Below are positions 59,073-64,000 of a stretch of DNA of 64,000 bases, piece by piece; position 1 is the first letter of the stretch, and every line of letters begins with the position of its first letter. Below the pieces are notes generated by a model that was given only the letters and a program-made list of their open reading frames with translations, did no database searches and was not told where the DNA came from. Source of the stretch: an uncultured delta proteobacterium (lineage in GTDB: Bacteria > Desulfobacterota > Binatia > UBA9968); contig CAVUZH010000022.1 of NCBI GenBank assembly GCA_963745835.1, forward strand, positions 160,001 through 224,000, written 5' to 3'. The position numbers were made by a program, and so were the translations under genes.

Positions 59073-59191
59073 GAGTTCTCGATCACTTTTGCCACCGACA
59101 GAATCACGCAAATCCCCGCCTCGCGTCTGAGATCCTGTGAACAGGCTGCAATCAAAATTCAGCAACTTGCTAGATCTTTCGATGATGGCTC

Positions 59192-59319
59192 GGCATGCTG
59201 GTCAAAACGTTCAGATGCAAGGCGCGCGACGTCCGACGAGCGCAGGCGTACTCGAGTTGTACGCCGGAGCGGAGTCGGACGAGCGGAACGCAGCAGCTGG
59301 ACGTTTTCACCAGCATGCC
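59192..59319 (+). repeat. ~125-bp palindromic MITE/REP-like element, copy 2
   Basis: Terminal inverted repeats GGCATGCTGGTCAAAACGT and ACGTTTTCACCAGCATGCC (18/19 match); inner stems CGTCCGAC/GTCGGACG and GGCGTAC/GTACGCC. Confidence 0.88.
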
Positions 59320-59960
59320 TAAGGATCGTCGCCGTCCACAGTCCCCACTTCGCAAAGATGGCTGGTATCTCCCCATGTCTGCAGGAACCAGTCGCCCTCT
59401 CGGTAACTGAACACGTTCAATCCCGCATTGGTGAATTCAAACCGGCGCGGCGCATCGAACGGAATTGAAAAGGTGTGGCGGAAGAGGCCGCTCAGCACCC
59501 CTCCATGGGTGACAACCACAACTGTCTCACCCGGATGCTTCCGGCCAAGTTCTGTGAGGTAAGCCACATTGCGCGCGACCTGCTGCCGCACGCTTTCACC
59601 GCCGGGAATCACATAATCCGGACCCACGGAACGGTGCAGCCGATGTTCTTCCGGATACCTCGCTCTGATCTCGTCGCCGTTAAGTCCCTGGAAGATTCCC
59701 AGGTTCCGCTCGCGTAGGCGAGCATCGGTCACAATCTCATGACCGGTCAAAGCGGCGATTATTTGCGCGGTGCGCAGAGCGCGTCCCAGATCACTGCTGT
59801 AAAGTCGCGTAAAATGTTCGCGCCCCAATCGAATAGCCAAAGCATTCGCCTGAGCAATGCCTCTTTCCGTCAGATCGCTGTCGAGATGGCCCTGCCGTAC
59901 GCCGCGATAGTTCCACTGCGTCTGTCCGTGCCGCACAACGATAAATTGAGTTCGCGTCAT
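59319..59960 (-). CDS. Histidine phosphatase (phosphoglycerate mutase family)
   Basis: VRHGQT.WN, SSDL.RA, LRER, GGES, VTHGG. Confidence 0.93.
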   Translation of the reverse strand: MTRTQFIVVRHGQTQWNYRGVRQGHLDSDLTERGIAQANALAIRLGREHFTRLYSSDLGRALRTAQIIAALTGHEIVTDARLRERNLGIFQGLNGDEIRARYPEEHRLHRSVGPDYVIPGGESVRQQVARNVAYLTELGRKHPGETVVVVTHGGVLSGLFRHTFSIPFDAPRRFEFTNAGLNVFSYREGDWFLQTWGDTSHLCEVGTVDGDDP

Positions 59961-60124
59961 GGATTGTAAACCTCGCCGACAATGCTTACTCGCACAGCGC
60001 CGGTGCAGATGTCAAATCTTAGCTCCGGAGTTTTTGCGTGGCCAACGAGCACATCAGACAACGATTGCATTTGCCAAGTCACTGTCGTAATTGGACTGCA
60101 GACACTCGGGAAGGAAATCCGTTC

Positions 60125-60937
60125 ATGCCTCTCATCAAACGCCACGAGGTTGAAATCTATTTCGAGACTCATGGTCAGGGCGCGCCGATGATGTTTTTTA
60201 GCGAAACCGCCTGCGCCGGCGATGTTTGGAATATTTTCCAGGTGCCGGAGTTTTGCCGCGATCACAAGGTGATCACTCACGATTATCGGGGCACAGGCCG
60301 CTCGACTAAACCAACCGTCCAATATTCCACGGAAGACTTCGTCGAGGACGCCGTGGCGATTCTCGACCACCTGGACGCGGGACCGGCAATCGTTTGCGGC
60401 CATTCGATGGGCGGAAGAATTATTCAACTATTGGCACTAAAATACCCTGCCAGGGTCAAGAACATGATCATCGCGTCGAGCGGCGCCGGTCATCCGGGAA
60501 TGGCCAAGGGAATCCCTTTCCAGTTATGCAAGGAAATGGTCGAGCTCGGCTATGAACGTTATGTGCGAGATCATACTCTCGAAGTCGGCTGGACCCCGGC
60601 CTACCTCAAACAGAATCGCGATAAGGTCGACCGCTTTCTTAAGGTTCGTCTGGCTAATCTTCCACCGCTGGAAAGTTATTTACGCCACGTCATCGCAAGG
60701 CAGGAACATGACACCACCGATCGTCTCAAAGACATTAAACCACCAACCCTGGTCATGGTCGGTTCCGATGACCATGTGTCGTCAACCGGAAGATCGCATC
60801 GCAAGGATGCGGATATTCTGGCGCGCGGCATTCCCAATGCCACGTTCGTAGAAATTCCGGGTGAAGCGCACAACTATTTTTTCACCAATCCGGATGCGGC
60901 TCACAGAGCAATTCGGAGCTTTTTGGCGGCAAGTTGA
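60125..60937 (+). CDS. Alpha/beta-fold hydrolase
   Basis: DYRGTGRS, GHSMGG, PTLVMVG.DD, H near the C-terminus. Confidence 0.9.
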   Translation: MPLIKRHEVEIYFETHGQGAPMMFFSETACAGDVWNIFQVPEFCRDHKVITHDYRGTGRSTKPTVQYSTEDFVEDAVAILDHLDAGPAIVCGHSMGGRIIQLLALKYPARVKNMIIASSGAGHPGMAKGIPFQLCKEMVELGYERYVRDHTLEVGWTPAYLKQNRDKVDRFLKVRLANLPPLESYLRHVIARQEHDTTDRLKDIKPPTLVMVGSDDHVSSTGRSHRKDADILARGIPNATFVEIPGEAHNYFFTNPDAAHRAIRSFLAAS

Positions 60938-61046
60938 GCAATCCAGTTTGACAACAAAAATGTGGAACTAACGTTTCGAATTCAGGATGATTGACAAACA
61001 CCTTCCGCTAACTTAGATGGACGATAGTATCGCAAGGAGGTCCAGT

Positions 61047-61862
61047 ATGTTCGCAAAAATCCGCCATCTAGCGATGTACACTCACGATCACGCCGCGGTG
61101 ACCCATTTCTACCAAACGATTTTTGGCATGAAACGGATGACCAGCGGCACTGTCGATGAAACAGGCAAGCAAAATACCAACCGCGGTCACATCAGCGACG
61201 GCGTCATCGGCATGGCCATTCTGCCGCGATACGCCGGGATACAGTCGGGCATGGACCATTATGGATTCGAAGTCACCGATATCAAGGATTTCGTTCGCCG
61301 GATGGAACAATACTATCCGGACGTAAAGATCGCCAAAGGATTGGAATATGTGCCGTTTGCCGGATTGCGCAGCTACGATCCCGCCGGCACCCAGTTCGAC
61401 ATTGCCCAAGCGCATATAGGCAATGTCCGAGAAGGCTACAACGAAAGCGGCTGGGATCAATCGCGCTGGATCAATCACATATCGATTCGCGCTGATAATC
61501 CGATGGCAGTGGCGGAGTTCTATGAAAAGGTCTTTGAACTAAGAGAAGCAGAGACTTATCGCGACGACGGGTCTATCTGCATGACCGACGGAAAAGTTAA
61601 ACTCTTGCTTCGACCTCGCGACAACGGCCTTTACCGCGGCCTGCGGGAAGGTCTCGACCATGTCGGATTCAAAGTGGAAAGTCTCAAAGCTGCGGCCGAT
61701 GATCTCGATGCGCTGACCGCTTCTTCGCCGGAGGCAGCGCCACGAAAACTCACTGTAGGCCTGCATGGCCAACTGATCGAAAATGATTTCCGCAAATGTT
61801 GCCTCGGCCAACACTTCATATCGGATCCCGATGGTGTGCTGATCGATATGTCAGAGAATTGA
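61047..61862 (+). CDS. Two-domain VOC family protein
   Basis: IRHLA, DHYGFEV, DPAG..FD; INHISI, DHVGFKV, DPDGVLID. AAGGAGG RBS. Confidence 0.88.
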   Translation: MFAKIRHLAMYTHDHAAVTHFYQTIFGMKRMTSGTVDETGKQNTNRGHISDGVIGMAILPRYAGIQSGMDHYGFEVTDIKDFVRRMEQYYPDVKIAKGLEYVPFAGLRSYDPAGTQFDIAQAHIGNVREGYNESGWDQSRWINHISIRADNPMAVAEFYEKVFELREAETYRDDGSICMTDGKVKLLLRPRDNGLYRGLREGLDHVGFKVESLKAAADDLDALTASSPEAAPRKLTVGLHGQLIENDFRKCCLGQHFISDPDGVLIDMSEN

Positions 61863-61882
61863 GATGCTCTGCGACTCAGCAC

Positions 61883-62008
61883 CGCAGGCTGCTCAAAAGA
61901 TCTCATAGGCAAGGCGCGCGAAGATCGACGCGCGGAGGCGTACTCCCAGTACGTCGGAGCGAGAAGACTGAGCGCAACGCAGCATATGAATCTTTTCAGC
62001 AGCCTGCG
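61883..62008 (+). repeat. ~125-bp palindromic MITE/REP-like element, copy 3
   Basis: Terminal inverted repeats CGCAGGCTGCTCAAAAGAT and ATCTTTTCAGCAGCCTGCG (18/19 match); central CGTAC-N5-GTACG. Confidence 0.88.
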
Positions 62009-62009
62009 A

Positions 62010-62690
62010 TCAGTTCAAGGTGCGAGGTGTTATATCCGAATCCGGATCCGCTTGGCCGCCGCCGAGTCGAAGCAGATTGATCAGCGTATTTTCCCTATCC
62101 TTCAGAGTTTGCGCTTCCAGTAACGCTTGTTTCTCCGACGGATGAAACGGCAACGACACTGACAAAAGATTCACCAGTTCCAGATCCGAGAAGCGCTGCG
62201 CCTGCTCCGGTTTGACCTGCATGCCGTGAGCTTGCCCGTATAACGTCAGCGCCTGCAGTATCGCGTCGCGCTCGCACTTCCAACCCTCCGGCAGGGTGGC
62301 ATCGGGAAATTCGCTATAGATGGCTTTGACACGCCGATACCCGCGTCGCAGTTCGAGCTCCTCTTCAAATCTAAAGCGGTTGACACCCTTGAGTTGAATA
62401 AAGAAGCGGCCGTCAGCAGATTTCTCGTATTTCTCGATATAGCCGGCGCAACCGATCTTGTATAGATCCGGTGATTCCTTTTCGGCGTCCGGCCGCGGCT
62501 GATTATCCGGTTGCGGCACGAACGGTTGAATCATGCCGAACACCTTGTCTCCATCCAGAGCATCTTCCACCATGTTGCGGTAACGCGGCTCAAAGATGTG
62601 CAACGGCAACACCGTTCCGGGCAAAACCAAAACTCCCGTCAATGGAAAGATCGGCAGTATTTCCGGCACCGGAATATTTGGAATTTTCAT
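62010..62690 (-). CDS. LON peptidase N-terminal substrate-binding domain protein
   Basis: LPIFPL..VLVLPG..LPLHIFEPRYRNMV.DAL, DGRF.I.L.G..RF, EKQALLE. Confidence 0.92.
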   Translation of the reverse strand: MKIPNIPVPEILPIFPLTGVLVLPGTVLPLHIFEPRYRNMVEDALDGDKVFGMIQPFVPQPDNQPRPDAEKESPDLYKIGCAGYIEKYEKSADGRFFIQLKGVNRFRFEEELELRRGYRRVKAIYSEFPDATLPEGWKCERDAILQALTLYGQAHGMQVKPEQAQRFSDLELVNLLSVSLPFHPSEKQALLEAQTLKDRENTLINLLRLGGGQADPDSDITPRTLN

Positions 62691-62861
62691 TGCCACAGAA
62701 TCTGTCTCAACACCTGTCTGTTTATAGGTTATGGCGCGAGAACGGTCAAGGCGGATGACAACTGGCAGCGCCATTGACAATCCGGGAAGAATCGGCCCTT
62801 GCAATACAGTGCTCGGCTATTCTAGCTTGTCAAAAGTTTACCTGCAGCCTATAGGAATACC

Positions 62862-63293
62862 ATGGTTGAATTTGCGCCGATGGATATCTCGACCGCGACA
62901 GACTTTTTGGCCCGGCATCATTGGGGCGTGTTGACGACCCGAAGAAAGGAAGGCTCGTTGCAGATGTCGCCGGTTACCGTTGGCATCGATCCTGCCGGAT
63001 GCGCCATCATCAGCAGCCGGGAAACCGCATACAAGGTCAACAATCTGCGGCGTGATCCACGCGCCGCGGTGTGTGTCTTCACCAACGAGTTCCACGGCGA
63101 AGGCTGGGTGCAAATCAACGGCAACGCTGAAATCTTATCACTGCCGCAAGCGATGGAGACATTGGTGTACTTAGAACGCCAAGCCAAAGGCGAAAACCGG
63201 GACTGGCCGTCGTTCCACCAACGGATGGCGCGCGAGAAACGGGTCATCATTCGCATCCGCATCGACGACGTGGGACCGAAGCGGCGCGGATAG
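62862..63293 (+). CDS. PPOX-class F420-dependent oxidoreductase
   Basis: VLTTRRKEGSLQMSPV, KVNNLRRDPR, WVQING.AE, E.RVIIRI. The start may be 62880. Confidence 0.85.
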   Translation: MVEFAPMDISTATDFLARHHWGVLTTRRKEGSLQMSPVTVGIDPAGCAIISSRETAYKVNNLRRDPRAAVCVFTNEFHGEGWVQINGNAEILSLPQAMETLVYLERQAKGENRDWPSFHQRMAREKRVIIRIRIDDVGPKRRG

Positions 63294-63338
63294 ATAGGCC
63301 CGGTGTTTCCATTGAAACAATCGAGAATCGAGAAATCA

Positions 63339-63958
63339 TTGCCGTCACATTTATGGACCCTGCTCTGCTGCATGCCTGCTCTTGATCGTTGCGCTGGTCA
63401 GCCGGCGCACGGCGTCGCGGCGCAGCAGGAGAGCGACTTTCGCCGGCCAGTTATTAGTGGCCACGCCGGAGATGAAAGATCCACGGTTTGTCCGAATCGG
63501 TTATTTACATCGTGAACATGATCATGAAGGCACAATGGGTCTTGTCATTAATCGGCCGTTGGCGCAGGCGCCTGTCGAAGAAGTGATTGCAGGTTCCGGC
63601 ATCCACGAAAAAGGCGGTACGAGAGAAATCACCATTCACTATGGCGGGCCTGTGAGCCCGCGCCAAGGTTTCGTGCTTGCATAGCGACGACTTCGTGCTT
63701 GAAAACTCGAAAAAAGTTAAAGATGGCATCGCAATGACTTCGGACGCGAGAATCGATTAGCGAGATATTTCATCGGCAAAGGGCCCGCGCCAGTTCTTAT
63801 TGATCGATCGGCTATGCCGGCTGGGCATCCGGCCAGCTAGAGGAAGAGCATCAGGATAAAGCCTGGTTTTTTATTCCCGCCGACAAGGAGATTATTTTCT
63901 CAAGCAAGCGGAGAAAAAGTGGCAACGCGCGATGGACAAGCGGCAAGTGCCGCTTTGA
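63339..63958 (+). pseudogene. YqgE/AlgH family protein with multiple frameshifts
   Basis: GQLLVATPEMKDPRF, GTMGLVINRP, YGGPV, then in other frames HSDDF, GYAGWASGQLEEE, KKWQRAMDKRQVPL*. The start is approximate. Confidence 0.8.
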
Positions 63959-64000
63959 ATTAACCCATTCAGTAGATTCGAAATTGCGTAGAACCGGAGA

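Noticed and set aside
59036-59130. C-terminal tail of the 518-aa ORF (FRVRARVFVFVR...)
   Set aside because: It is a translation of the hexamer repeat after an apparent frameshift, not a protein domain.
59137-59410. Short ORFs 59137-59322, 59170-59376 and 59195-59410
   Set aside because: They are translations of the palindromic element and the antisense of the phosphatase gene.
60948-61019. Two TTGACA hexamers upstream of the VOC gene as tandem promoters
   Set aside because: Neither has a convincing -10 at 16-18 bp spacing, so they were not called.
55898-62008. The ~125-bp repeats as a CRISPR array or tRNAs
   Set aside because: The copies are kilobases apart and divergent, with no repeat-spacer periodicity, no cas genes, and no cloverleaf, T-loop or CCA pattern.

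Overview
Bacterial chromosomal segment. The gene repertoire (lpxI-type lipid A pathway, CofH, Bug/TctC, amidohydrolase and VOC paralogues) resembles a deltaproteobacterial-type organism such as Ca. Binatia; this is inference, not a search result. 1-31 kb is an almost unbroken minus-strand envelope cluster: lysS-lolC/E-lolD-bamA-skp-lpxD-fabZ-lpxA-lpxI-(GnnA-like)-lpxB-msbA-waaA-lpxK-epimerase-VOC-trm112-heptosyltransferase, three LPS kinase domains, an ArnT-like transferase, several glycosyltransferases, hldE kinase, yicC and gmk. 31-38 kb holds metF, a truncated globin and an Rrf2-led SUF operon that lacks sufB. 38-45 kb holds def, cofH, aspS and hisS. 45-49 kb is poorly coding, with an orphan mlaC, a DnaA-box cluster and a frameshifted lipoprotein gene. 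49-64 kb is a mixed-strand accessory region of orphan solute-binding proteins, hydrolases, VOC proteins and rlmD. The most striking non-coding signal is a family of three divergent ~125-bp hairpin elements with covarying terminal stems and one invariant mismatch, accompanied by end fragments and 8-bp-period TTGAAC arrays. No rRNA, tRNA, CRISPR array or transposase was recognised. Several frameshifts may be long-read indel errors.
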